Source of the DNA: Thermoplasmatota archaeon
GTDB taxonomy: Archaea; Thermoplasmatota; E2; DHVEG-1; B18-G2
DNA: 46,206 bases
Reading direction: 5' to 3'
Assembly (NCBI GenBank): GCA_029259115.1
Contig: JAPDJO010000033.1
Location: 1 to 46,206, forward strand
Shown: in pieces, positions 18,894 to 28,928 of the stretch
How positions within the stretch are numbered: the stretch's first letter is position 1
How the letters are laid out: each line of letters opens with the position of its first letter
Notes under the pieces: generated by a model
What the model saw: only the letters and a program-made list of their open reading frames with translations
Databases searched by the model: none
Told to the model about the DNA's origin: nothing
Position numbers and translations under genes: made by a program

Positions 18894-20201
18894 ATGAAAA
18901 ATGTCGTTCTACTTACAGTAGACTGTCTAAGAGCAGATCACATGAGTTGTTACGGTTATAAGAGAGAGACTACACCTTTTATTGATAGGCTAGCGAAGAA
19001 GAGTTTGTTTTTCAAGAATGCATTCTCCAATGGGCCGAACACCAGACATTCTGTGCCGTCCTTCCTTTCCTCTACATATCCTCTTCTTTTCTTGCAAGAG
19101 ATAAATGGCGGAAAGTTCCACATTGGTAGAAGAAGTGTAGCTGAGATTCTCAAAAACAACGGATATGCCACGGCTGCTGTTCATTCAAATCCATATATAT
19201 CTAAATTTTATGGATATGATAGAGGATTCGACTATTTTAATGACTTCTTATTAGGTCAGGTAGAAGATGAAATAAAAGAAAGTAGACTAAAAAAGATCTT
19301 CAGAGAGGTCGTAAAGGGTTTAAAAGCTATTACGCTACACAAATTACCTCACGAAGACGGAAAGAGAATAAACTATGAGGGGCTTCGATGGCTTGAAAAT
19401 GTTGATGAGCCTTTTTTCTTATGGTTACATTATATGGATGTCCACATGCCCTATGTTCCTCCCAATCAATTTCTCGAGGAGATTGGAGTCAAAAAATATA
19501 GTCATATAAAGAAGGTGTGGATGGGAAAAAAGATAGATGATATCAAAATGAGGGATAAGATTAAAGATGAAGAAATAATGGATTACATCAATCTGTACGA
19601 TGGATGTGTAAGATACACTGACAATCTCCTAAAAGAGATTGTCTCCAAGATAGAAAAGAGATATCCTGACACAATTTTTATCATAACTGCAGATCATGGA
19701 GAAGAGTTTAGAGAACATGGAGATCTCAGTCATTTAGAGAAATTATACGACGAATTATTGCACATTCCTCTTCTATTCTATGGTAAAGGTATCGATGATA
19801 GAATAATAGAAAAACCAGTCTCTTTAATAAGTCTGGTTCCAACAATTTTACATCTATTAGGAATCAATGATAATAGATGGTTGCAGGGTAAAAATGTTTT
19901 TGAATCCGAAGAATTCATAATAGCGGAGGCATGGAGAGAAAAACCCATTACTGCGTATAGGGATCTGGAATGGAAGTTTATCATTAGTGGTTCTGAAAGA
20001 GAATTGTATAACATCACGGAAGACGGGCAGGAAAAATTTAATCTTTACGACAGTAAAGATGGCAAAGTGAAGGAAAAAATCTCCCTTTTCGAAAAAATTA
20101 TACGGAGACATATAACTAATCTAGACAAGGAAAGGAATGCCAGAAATACATATTTGCAAAAAGAAAAAGTCAGGAGATTTGTAAGGAAAATGAGATCATG
20201 A
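18894..20201 (+). CDS. Sulfatase-like (alkaline phosphatase superfamily) hydrolase/transferase, Thr at the nucleophile position
   Basis: LLTVDCLRADH, NGPNTRHSVPSF, HYMDVHMPY, TADHGEEF and HIPLLF. Confidence 0.85.
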   Translation: MKNVVLLTVDCLRADHMSCYGYKRETTPFIDRLAKKSLFFKNAFSNGPNTRHSVPSFLSSTYPLLFLQEINGGKFHIGRRSVAEILKNNGYATAAVHSNPYISKFYGYDRGFDYFNDFLLGQVEDEIKESRLKKIFREVVKGLKAITLHKLPHEDGKRINYEGLRWLENVDEPFFLWLHYMDVHMPYVPPNQFLEEIGVKKYSHIKKVWMGKKIDDIKMRDKIKDEEIMDYINLYDGCVRYTDNLLKEIVSKIEKRYPDTIFIITADHGEEFREHGDLSHLEKLYDELLHIPLLFYGKGIDDRIIEKPVSLISLVPTILHLLGINDNRWLQGKNVFESEEFIIAEAWREKPITAYRDLEWKFIISGSERELYNITEDGQEKFNLYDSKDGKVKEKISLFEKIIRRHITNLDKERNARNTYLQKEKVRRFVRKMRS

Positions 20202-21319
20202 GTGAAAGAAATGTATTGATGATATTATCAAACCCTTTACTAGTAGATCCTAGAGTTCATAAAGAAGCAAAGGCTTTGATAGAAGCTGGGCACAGAGTTA
20301 CCGTCATTGTTTGGGATAGGCACGGTGAGTATAATGAAAGGGAGACCGTAGATGGTATAGAAGTTATAAGACTAAAAATACTCAAACCTTCAAAATCTAT
20401 CTACGGAAATTTGATAAAAACAGTTTTATGGTGGAGAAAAGTCTACAAAGAGGTAAACAAACTGTTCAAAGATGGGCATCATTTTGATATAATTCATTGT
20501 CATGATCTAGACACTCTACCAGTTGGCGTATTACTAAAGAAAAGATTTAGTTCAAGATTGATCTATGATGCTCACGAAATATTCGGTTATATGCTAAAAG
20601 ATAGTAATCCCATAATTTCGAAATTTGCATTTTTGATAGAGAGATTTCTGATAAGATTCGTTGACCACATAATAACAATTGATGAGCCTTTTGAAGAATA
20701 CTTTAAGGTATTTGGTAAACCTGTAACAATAGTCATGAACTGTAAAGAGTTAATATATGATAGATACACCCCTCCTAATAATGATGTATTCACTTTAGTT
20801 TACATAGGTTTGATGAGTAAAAACAGGTTTTTTCCAGACATATTAGATGTGGTTGGTGGCTTGAAAAACGTAAAATTGATTCTAGCAGGAAAGAAAGAGG
20901 GATTATTCGAAGAAGTGAAAGAGTATAGCAAAAAATTTGATAACATAGAATTTCTCGGTACTATACCATCTAGTGAGATTCTTCCTTTGACAAGGAAAGC
21001 GGATGCAACATTCATCATAACCGACTTGAAGGGACAACATAGGATGAATGTCTTTAATAAACAATTTGAAGCTATGGTCTGTGGGAGACCTATAATTGTT
21101 ACGAAGGGAACATACGCAGGAAAAATGACAGAGGAGCTTAAATGTGGTTTAACCGTTGATTACAATAAAGACTCTGTTCGCGATGCAATTATAACACTTA
21201 GAGATAATCCTGGCCTCTGTAGAGAGTTAGGAAAAAACGCATTTAAGGCCGCCAAGGAAAGATATAATTGGGATATAGAGAAAAAGAATTTACTGAAGGT
21301 TTACGAGGAGATACTATGA
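20198..21319 (+). CDS. Glycosyltransferase family 4
   Basis: DPRVHKEAKAL, HCHDLDTL, YDAHE and NKQFEAMVCGRPII. Confidence 0.9.
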   Translation: MSERNVLMILSNPLLVDPRVHKEAKALIEAGHRVTVIVWDRHGEYNERETVDGIEVIRLKILKPSKSIYGNLIKTVLWWRKVYKEVNKLFKDGHHFDIIHCHDLDTLPVGVLLKKRFSSRLIYDAHEIFGYMLKDSNPIISKFAFLIERFLIRFVDHIITIDEPFEEYFKVFGKPVTIVMNCKELIYDRYTPPNNDVFTLVYIGLMSKNRFFPDILDVVGGLKNVKLILAGKKEGLFEEVKEYSKKFDNIEFLGTIPSSEILPLTRKADATFIITDLKGQHRMNVFNKQFEAMVCGRPIIVTKGTYAGKMTEELKCGLTVDYNKDSVRDAIITLRDNPGLCRELGKNAFKAAKERYNWDIEKKNLLKVYEEIL

Positions 21320-22557
21320 AGGCTGTAGTTATAGGGTTAGGTAGAATAGGATTACCACTAGCTCTAGTAGCTGCTGATAGTGGCATAACAGTAACAGGTA
21401 TAGATATCAAGAAAGAACTCATAGAAAAATTAAGGAATAGAAAAATTCCTTTCAACGAGCCACGACTTGATGATCTGCTTGAGAAATATTGTGAAAAACG
21501 GTTTTTTCCAAGACTACCAGAGGAGGGTGAGGAGGATATAAAGAAAGCTGATTACATAATCTTCACAGTGGGAACGATGTTTGTAAAGTATCCTGAGAAA
21601 CCATCTTTGGACAGATTATTGTCATTGGTTAGCGATGTACTTAGATTAGGAATTAAGGGAAAGACTTTGATATTTAGGGTTACGCTCCCTATAGGTAGTA
21701 CAGATAAAATAAAAGATTTTATAGAAGATAGTACAAAAATGGAAGAAGGAAAGGATTTCTATATGGCCTTTGTTCCGGAAAGAATAATGGAAGGAAAGGC
21801 TGTAGAGGAAGAGAAAAAACTACCTAAAATTGTTGGTTGCTATAACGATGAGAGCTTCGAGAAAGTGAGATACTTTTTCGAAAAGATAGGTGGAGAAATA
21901 ATAAGGGTTTCAAGTCCCAAGGTGGCAGAATTTGTTAAACTAATAGACAATGCATGGAGAAACACAAGATTTGCGTTTGCGAACGAGCTGGCTTTTCTGG
22001 CAGAAGAAAATGGTATAGATGTATGGGAAGCCATAAAAGCAGCTAACGAGGGATACGAGAGGAATCAGATTCCTATTCCTGGTCCAGTTAGTGGGTACTG
22101 CTTAGGAAAGGATCCGTACATACTTGAAGGGGCATTTGAGAAGGTTGCTAGAAAGAGAGGTTTCAATTCAGTTTGGTATTATGGAAGATTAGCGAATGAT
22201 TGGATGATTGAAAAGATTGTTGAAGATATAACTGGAAAAAGTGTTTTAGTGGCGGGGTTATCATTTAAAGCAAATATTGACGATTTCAGATATAGCCATG
22301 GTATAGAGATTGTAAGAGGATTGCTGAAGAGAGGGTGCAGAGTCTATGTCCATGATCCATACCTCGATTCAAACTCTTATACAAAGCTACCCGCAGACCT
22401 CATCAATAAAGTTGAAAAAGTCTCTTCTGTAGAGGAAGGTATAGGTAAGGTTGAGATAGTTTTATTTTCTGTTCCTCACAGGGAGTACCATAATCTGCCT
22501 GCAGATCTTCTTAAGAAGGTTAAGGTGGTCGATCTCTGGAACATATTTAAGAGGTAA
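21316..22557 (+). CDS. UDP-N-acetylhexosamine/UDP-hexose 6-dehydrogenase (WecC/WbpA-like)
   Basis: GLGRIGLP Rossmann motif, PERIMEG, AEFVKLIDNAWR, catalytic Cys in GYCLGKDP, and GLSFKANIDDFR. ATG 21316 overlaps the upstream stop. Confidence 0.9.
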   Translation: MKAVVIGLGRIGLPLALVAADSGITVTGIDIKKELIEKLRNRKIPFNEPRLDDLLEKYCEKRFFPRLPEEGEEDIKKADYIIFTVGTMFVKYPEKPSLDRLLSLVSDVLRLGIKGKTLIFRVTLPIGSTDKIKDFIEDSTKMEEGKDFYMAFVPERIMEGKAVEEEKKLPKIVGCYNDESFEKVRYFFEKIGGEIIRVSSPKVAEFVKLIDNAWRNTRFAFANELAFLAEENGIDVWEAIKAANEGYERNQIPIPGPVSGYCLGKDPYILEGAFEKVARKRGFNSVWYYGRLANDWMIEKIVEDITGKSVLVAGLSFKANIDDFRYSHGIEIVRGLLKRGCRVYVHDPYLDSNSYTKLPADLINKVEKVSSVEEGIGKVEIVLFSVPHREYHNLPADLLKKVKVVDLWNIFKR

Positions 22558-22574
22558 GGAGGTAGGCACAAAAA

Positions 22575-23426
22575 ATGGAAGAAAAATATGTGATGGAGGA
22601 GGAGTGGGACTATCTTATCATACTTGATGCTTGTAGATATGATTTTTTTGAAAGTATTTACAAAGAGTTCTTTGGATACGATAATCTAGAAAAAGCAATC
22701 AGTCCAGCGATCGAGACTATAGAATGGGCTGAGAAGAGTTTCAAAGATTTCTATGAAGATATAATCTACATTTCCACAACACCATTTATAAACTCCAAGA
22801 AGGGATTATCCGAACGAGGTTTTTATTTCAATGCGAAGAAACATTTTTACAAAGTGATAGATTTGTGGGATTGGGGATGGGATCATAAAATAGGCACAGT
22901 TAGACCAGAAAAGGTAAATGAAATTGCTTTGAAGGAATACCAACTACACCCTGATAAAAGATTGATAATACACTATATGCAACCTCATGCACCATACCTT
23001 TCGTTAGAGAAGCTTTATATGAAGCTAAGAAGAGGTGATAAAAGGGGTAAAGAAAGGGGGATTGTTTTTCAAAGAAATCTTATACCGAGTAGTGTAAGGA
23101 GGATCTTGGCTGAAATATGTATAAAGGGTTTTGGCACTGAATTTGTGTGGAGATTAAACAAAATTTTTCACTTTAGAAAAATTCATCCCCTTCATATGGA
23201 AATGGCATGGAGAATGGTTGGTAGGGAAGGTATAATCAAAGCTTATGCTGACAATCTTCGTATAGTTTTAAAATATGTTCAAAAGTTAGTAGAAACTCTC
23301 AATGGAAAAATTATCATAACGTCCGATCATGGAGAGATGCTGGGAGAAGATGGATTTTACGGACATGGATATCCTCTACCGAGACATCCCAAGCTTGTTG
23401 AGGTACCATGGTTTATTATTGATTAG
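22575..23426 (+). CDS. AlkP-core (alkaline phosphatase superfamily) protein of glycan loci
   Basis: WDYLIILDACRYD, HYMQPHAPY, TSDHGEMLGE...GH and VEVPW. Confidence 0.8.
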   Translation: MEEKYVMEEEWDYLIILDACRYDFFESIYKEFFGYDNLEKAISPAIETIEWAEKSFKDFYEDIIYISTTPFINSKKGLSERGFYFNAKKHFYKVIDLWDWGWDHKIGTVRPEKVNEIALKEYQLHPDKRLIIHYMQPHAPYLSLEKLYMKLRRGDKRGKERGIVFQRNLIPSSVRRILAEICIKGFGTEFVWRLNKIFHFRKIHPLHMEMAWRMVGREGIIKAYADNLRIVLKYVQKLVETLNGKIIITSDHGEMLGEDGFYGHGYPLPRHPKLVEVPWFIID

Positions 23427-23662
23427 AAAAACTGTTAAAGTAGGGGGTATAAATTCTAGGATGGAAAGATAGTGGATATTTTGGGTCTTTAAGGATGTTC
23501 GGTGTTAAGAGTTCCTCCGATTAAGAAAACCCTATAGTGCGACAGAGGACTTCTCCAATGTTCTATCAGCAAGGAGTCTAATAACGAAGGAGGAAATAAA
23601 AGTTGGAATCAAAAATATTATGACGGAAAGGAAGAATTAAAACACGCATGTAACGGGCGAAA

Positions 23663-24389
23663 TCATATTTTACGTAAAATCATGATTAGCTCCTTATTAC
23701 GCGATTGGGTTGATCCTTTCACATAAGCCCTCAATCCTATCCATGGGGATTTTTTTTCAAATACTATTTTGAATTATATTATTTAGTAATAGATCAATAT
23801 CTTTTTTTGTAAGACTATGGGGATGAGCTAGGTTCCTCGCCGTTTTTCTTGGAAAGATCTCTACAGTTAATACAAAATAGCCTCCAGTTTTTAGCACCCT
23901 GTAGATTTCATTGATTGTTTTTTCTGGATCTGTAACGTGATCTAATGCATTGGAACAAAAAACAATATCAAAATACTCGTCAGCAAAGGGAATGTTTTCG
24001 CCAAAGCCCTTTTGAATGTTAATCTCTGGGGGATAATTATATAACTTCTGATACTCGTCGGCCAGTGGATCAATTCCGTATTTTTCTCCATCAAGGAAGT
24101 GGAGGATAGTGCTTATCCCACAACCAACATCAAGAATTCTTGTGTTGTTTTGAATTTCACAAATTTTGTTTATCTCTTCCAGATAGCGATATCTCTGCCA
24201 GTATTCTAGCACTTTAGACTTATTCTCTTTAAATTCCTCTGCCCATCTTGTTTGGAATGATAACTCGGTAATATATTTCACTCCAAAAGTTGAAAATAAT
24301 TTACTAAAACCGGGCATCTTAAAGATTGATTTGATTGGTGTTGGCATGCTTTTCACGATATTATTAAATAAAACTCCTGCTTTTATCAT
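23663..24389 (-). pseudogene. Class I SAM-dependent methyltransferase with an apparent frameshift near the 3' end
   Basis: ILDVGCG, FDIVFCSNALDHV and YRVLKTGGYFVL. The annotated frame stops at 23757, but an alternative frame continues FKIVFEKKSPWIGLRAYVKG...IMILRKI* to 23663. Confidence 0.6.
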
Positions 24390-24543
24390 ATTCGAGTCTA
24401 CCAAATTATCTTCAGTTGACTTCCATGGACGTGCTCTCCTCACCCTATACCCCTTGTCTATCCGTAAATAGTTGCAATTTAATTACATTTTTGATTGCTT
24501 CGTTTGGTGTTAATGGTAAAAGGATGAAAAAGAATAATCTAGT

Positions 24544-25500
24544 ATGAAACATATTACTACCTTGATGATGTGTGCTAGGGCTAGGGGAACGACTAGGTAT
24601 TATCCTATAAGCAGGATTAGGCAAACGCTAAACTGGCTTTCGACTGGGATAAGGAAACTAGATAGAGATAAAATTATTGTATACAAAATACCTTACACAA
24701 GTTCTTTCGATTATTATCCTGTCGAGATTGCTCTATTTGCACTAGGAAATCTAGAAAAATTTTTAGACACTGGCGAAGAAAGATACAGGGAGGTTTTTAT
24801 TAGGCATGTCGATTGGTTGGTTAAAAATATATCCATCAAAGATGATTTTGGTGTTTGGGAACACAATTTCGTTCTTCCTTACTATAAATTTGATAGAGTT
24901 CCCTGGGTTCATGGTATGGCACAAGGTGTAGCGATATCCGCCTTAGTGAGAGCTTATCAACTTACAGGGAATAAAAAATATTTGGAGGTTGCCAAACTAG
25001 CATATGGTGCATTTGAGAGAGATATAGATGAAGGTGGCGTCAGATACGTTGACAGTAGAGGAGATATATGGATAGAAGAATATGCTATACTACCTCCACC
25101 TCATATATTAAACGGATTTATTTATGCTATGCTAGGTATGTATGATCTGTATTCGGCTACAAAATCTGTCTCGATCTTAAATTTGATTAACGAATGTAAA
25201 AATACGCTCGTGAGGAATCTACACAAATACGATAACGGCTTTTGGTCGTTGTATGATTTATTAAATAAGTTCCCCTCATCTAAGAAATATCATGAGTTAC
25301 ATATAGAACAGCTTAATGTTCTCTATTCTCTTACTGGTGAAGATATTTTCAAAGAATACATGACAATATGGAGAAATTATCTTACTAGGTCCTCAAATAG
25401 GATCAGAAAAACATTTGTCAGGTTGATACTTTATACTAAAAAATATGGACTTACTATACCAAAGATGTATGTAGCAAGAAAAAAGTGGGAGAAAAAATGA
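24544..25500 (+). CDS. D-glucuronyl C5-epimerase family protein (GLCE C-terminal domain)
   Basis: WVHGMAQGVAISALVRAY, WIEEY, HILNGFIYAMLGMYDL, YDNGFWSLYDL and YHELHIEQL. Confidence 0.88.
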   Translation: MKHITTLMMCARARGTTRYYPISRIRQTLNWLSTGIRKLDRDKIIVYKIPYTSSFDYYPVEIALFALGNLEKFLDTGEERYREVFIRHVDWLVKNISIKDDFGVWEHNFVLPYYKFDRVPWVHGMAQGVAISALVRAYQLTGNKKYLEVAKLAYGAFERDIDEGGVRYVDSRGDIWIEEYAILPPPHILNGFIYAMLGMYDLYSATKSVSILNLINECKNTLVRNLHKYDNGFWSLYDLLNKFPSSKKYHELHIEQLNVLYSLTGEDIFKEYMTIWRNYLTRSSNRIRKTFVRLILYTKKYGLTIPKMYVARKKWEKK

Positions 25501-26492
25501 GTGCAAAAATTTGTTTCATTGGAAATTTATCTTCAACATTTGTCAAAAGGGATCACGAAATTTTAAAAAAATACTTTGATGTAGATGTTGTTCAACTACC
25601 AAAAACAAAGAAGGATTGGCTCACATATCCTTTACTGATAAAGAGAAAGGTTAAACAGGCTGATGTCGTGTTTGGCTGGTTTGCCGGATGGCATACTGCA
25701 CCTGCTGTTTACTATGCAAAGAAATATGAGAAAAAGTCAATTATTGTTGTAGGTGGATACGATGCCGCCTACGTTCCAGAAATAAACTATGGAGCATTCA
25801 CAAACATCAAGGAAAGGACTCCAGCAAAATACATCTATAAAAATGCTGATAAGGTGCTGGTTGTGGATCTGTCTCTAAAGAGAGATATCATTAAAAATGC
25901 TGGAGTGAGGGGTGAAAATATAGAATATCTACCTACCGGGTACGACTCAAACTATTGGAAATCTAAGGGGAAGAAAGAAGATGTGGTTTTAACAGTAGGA
26001 AAAATAAGTTGGAGAGTTATGAAACGAAAAGGGTTTGAAACTTTTGTTAGAGCTGCAAGATACGTTCCTAATGCGAAATTTGTCCTCGTGGGTAAACACG
26101 CTGATGACTCTATAAAACATCTTAGTAAAATCGCATCTGAAAATGTGGAATTTACCGGCTTTGTACCAGATGAAGAACTATTAGATTGGTATCAAAGAGC
26201 AAAAGTTTATTGTCAATTGTCAAGATACGAAGGTTTACCAAATGCTTTATGTGAGGCTATGCTTTGTGAATGTATTCCTGTAGGTACTATGTACTGCGGC
26301 ATACCGACAGCAATTGGTGACACTGGCTTCTATGTCCCTTATGGTGATGTTAAAGCAACAGCGGAAGCTATAAGGGAAGCATTAAGATTACCAGGTGAAT
26401 CAGGTAAAAGAGCAAGAGAGAGGATAGCAAAACTATTCCCATTAGAAAAAAGAGAGAAGGGATTGATCGAGACAATAAGAATGGGTGGATAG
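25497..26492 (+). CDS. Glycosyltransferase family 4
   Basis: RKGFETF and EGLPNALCEAMLCECIPV (EX7E motif). ATGA overlap with the epimerase stop. Confidence 0.9.
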   Translation: MSAKICFIGNLSSTFVKRDHEILKKYFDVDVVQLPKTKKDWLTYPLLIKRKVKQADVVFGWFAGWHTAPAVYYAKKYEKKSIIVVGGYDAAYVPEINYGAFTNIKERTPAKYIYKNADKVLVVDLSLKRDIIKNAGVRGENIEYLPTGYDSNYWKSKGKKEDVVLTVGKISWRVMKRKGFETFVRAARYVPNAKFVLVGKHADDSIKHLSKIASENVEFTGFVPDEELLDWYQRAKVYCQLSRYEGLPNALCEAMLCECIPVGTMYCGIPTAIGDTGFYVPYGDVKATAEAIREALRLPGESGKRARERIAKLFPLEKREKGLIETIRMGG

Positions 26493-27359
26493 ATGAAGAT
26501 TGTAGTGTTAGGTATAGATGCATTAGAATATGATCTAGTGGAAGAGTGGAATCTGAAACATTTAAAACAAAAATCTTATTGCAAAACAGACTTATCTGAT
26601 TTTGATGTAATAACAACTCCCCTTATATGGGGTGCAATGGTAACTGGAAAAAAATTAAAAGAAATCGAAGAGATATACGTTAAAAGGGCAAGGTTCTTTT
26701 CTAAACATGGAACTACCATCAGAAGGGAACAAGAGCAATATGTTATAGCAAAAATATTAAGAAGGCTACTTCCATCAAAGATTAAAAATTTTGTTTCAAA
26801 AAAAATTGTGCCCGATCCGTTTAAAAAAACATATGACATAATACAAAAGAGGGGGTATACAACCATATTTGATTTTTTTGAGAAAACATGGAACAATGGG
26901 ATTCCTGCATATAATAGAAATGTCTCAACTGAAGAGGTTAAAGAGCTCATGGAAAAAGCTGTTAAAGGAGATGTAAAAAGTCTGTATAACTATTCAATGG
27001 AACTGTATAAAAAGGAAAAGGAAGAATTACTGAAAGCAATATCCAAGGATTATGAACTGATATTTTGGTATACGCCCTTTCTAGATGAAATAGAACATTT
27101 CTATATAAATAAAAGATTAAAGCTATTGAACATATATCTAGAATTAAACAATCTAGTGAAAGTCATAAAAGAAAAACTGAATGAAAATGACATTTTGTAT
27201 ATAGTATCAGATCATGGAATGGAACCTATAGAAGGAGATCCTAGAGGTGGGGACCATTCAGATCACGGTTTCTTCTCATCAAATACAGGAGAACTTATTC
27301 AAAAACCACAGGATCTTTTCTATCTCATTAAGAAAAAGGCTGAAGAAATAAAAGGTTAA
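26493..27359 (+). CDS. Alkaline phosphatase superfamily (NPP/phosphodiesterase-like) protein
   Basis: VVLGIDAL, TTPLIWGAMVTG, LDEIEH, VSDHGM and GDHSDHG. Confidence 0.8.
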   Translation: MKIVVLGIDALEYDLVEEWNLKHLKQKSYCKTDLSDFDVITTPLIWGAMVTGKKLKEIEEIYVKRARFFSKHGTTIRREQEQYVIAKILRRLLPSKIKNFVSKKIVPDPFKKTYDIIQKRGYTTIFDFFEKTWNNGIPAYNRNVSTEEVKELMEKAVKGDVKSLYNYSMELYKKEKEELLKAISKDYELIFWYTPFLDEIEHFYINKRLKLLNIYLELNNLVKVIKEKLNENDILYIVSDHGMEPIEGDPRGGDHSDHGFFSSNTGELIQKPQDLFYLIKKKAEEIKG

Positions 27360-27372
27360 TTTGTCCTCTTCT

Positions 27373-28887
27373 TTATCTTTTTAACATCTCTTCCTTCATA
27401 TACCTTAGCATTTTTAGAGGATTCAGAGAGTCGATGAAGAGATGGATATCATCCTTTTTGAGTTCTCCAATAAGGTAAAGTATCGACAAATATATTCCGG
27501 CTCCAAATATGAAAGCAAGCAAAAGATCGTACCATCTTAATATATCATATAGCTCCATGAATTTGTACATCATAAAAGCCATCACGAGGGATGATATGGC
27601 ATGTTTCAATACAGCCCTACTAGATCCTATTCCCGAGATTTTGTAAGCAACGTATCTAATATAAACAAAACCCGCGAAGTAAGAGATGACAGTAGCTATC
27701 GCCGCACCTTCTGCAGAGAGACCGAACAGCTTCAATCCTAAGCTCCTTATATTTCTTGGTATTAGTATGATATCCAAAATGATGTTTAGTCCGACCATGA
27801 TTAATACTCTATTTCTCGCAAACTCAGGCATACCCATTCCCTGAGTTAGGCTCTGATAGGGTCTCGATAAAATCTCTATTAAAGCAAAGATTGGTAATAT
27901 TCTCAATATCAGGAGAGCATCCATATATTTATCACTGAGAAGGATATGGATTATGGGTTCTGCTAGTACAATTATTAGCACTATGATAGGAAAAACTATC
28001 ATACTAAGATATCTCTCGGATTTAGCTACAACTTCTCTTACTTTCCTAAAATCTCTTTTCGAGTGATATTCGGATACTGTAGGTAACAGGAGTAAACCGA
28101 CAGATGTAGAGAATAAAATAACAAATCTTGATAGATTGTAAACAGCAAAATATTCTCCAACCTCGTTTGCGCTCCAGAATAGCTGAATAAATACCTTGTC
28201 GATATTCGTCATTATTCTCCATGAAAAGACCGCAAATGCCATGTGAATCGCAAAGGAGAGATAATTTTTGAAATAGGCTAAAGATGGTCTGGCAACAGGA
28301 TATCCTCTGAAGAATGAAAGTGCTAAAAGGAAATGGAAAATCTCCCCAATAAGATAAGTAGATGCAAGAGCAATGGGTCCCAAATCATTGTATGCAACAT
28401 ATATGGTCGCTACTACTCTTGTTAATGTATACGCTAACAGCGGAATCTGCGCTTTTGCAGATTCTTTTCTTGCGTTGAAAGTGGAAATGAAAGTTTGAGT
28501 TAGGGTCAACAAGACAAAATACGCCAAGAGAATGTAGATAGCTTGTTCATGCAAAGGGGATTCGAATCCTCTCCCTAGAATATACTTCCAAATAGCTACG
28601 GATCCTATAACTACCGATGCTAACAAACCAGCCAAGAAAAGTTTCGTTACAGCGAAGGTTGCTATACACGTTCCCAAATCTTTACCTTCTGATATTCTCT
28701 TGATATGAGCGTGATCGAATCCTAGAGTTCCAAACATCGAAAAGAGAGCGACAAATCCATAAGCAAAACCTACAACTCCATATTCCCACGGATCCATATA
28801 GAGAGCGATAAATTTCAGAGCGATGTAGCCCAGTAAGCCATTAAGAAGTTGAATGAATATGATCAATGCAGACTTTCTGGCTATCAT
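27373..28887 (-). CDS. Oligosaccharide flippase (Wzx/MOP family)
   Basis: About 14 TM segments with EYGVVG, IDKVFI, VGEYFAV and GAAIAT. Start placed at ATG 28887. Confidence 0.9.
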   Translation of the reverse strand: MIARKSALIIFIQLLNGLLGYIALKFIALYMDPWEYGVVGFAYGFVALFSMFGTLGFDHAHIKRISEGKDLGTCIATFAVTKLFLAGLLASVVIGSVAIWKYILGRGFESPLHEQAIYILLAYFVLLTLTQTFISTFNARKESAKAQIPLLAYTLTRVVATIYVAYNDLGPIALASTYLIGEIFHFLLALSFFRGYPVARPSLAYFKNYLSFAIHMAFAVFSWRIMTNIDKVFIQLFWSANEVGEYFAVYNLSRFVILFSTSVGLLLLPTVSEYHSKRDFRKVREVVAKSERYLSMIVFPIIVLIIVLAEPIIHILLSDKYMDALLILRILPIFALIEILSRPYQSLTQGMGMPEFARNRVLIMVGLNIILDIILIPRNIRSLGLKLFGLSAEGAAIATVISYFAGFVYIRYVAYKISGIGSSRAVLKHAISSLVMAFMMYKFMELYDILRWYDLLLAFIFGAGIYLSILYLIGELKKDDIHLFIDSLNPLKMLRYMKEEMLKR

Positions 28888-28928
28888 GCTGTGAGAAAAG
28901 AAATTTCGAGGAGGTTTATAAAGGGATG

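Noticed and set aside
23427-23660. Possible short ORF, gene remnant or ncRNA in the intergenic gap
   Set aside because: Only a short open frame (..DFSNVLSARSLITKEEIKVGIKNIMTERKN*) with no clear start or recognisable family; no convincing RNA structure.
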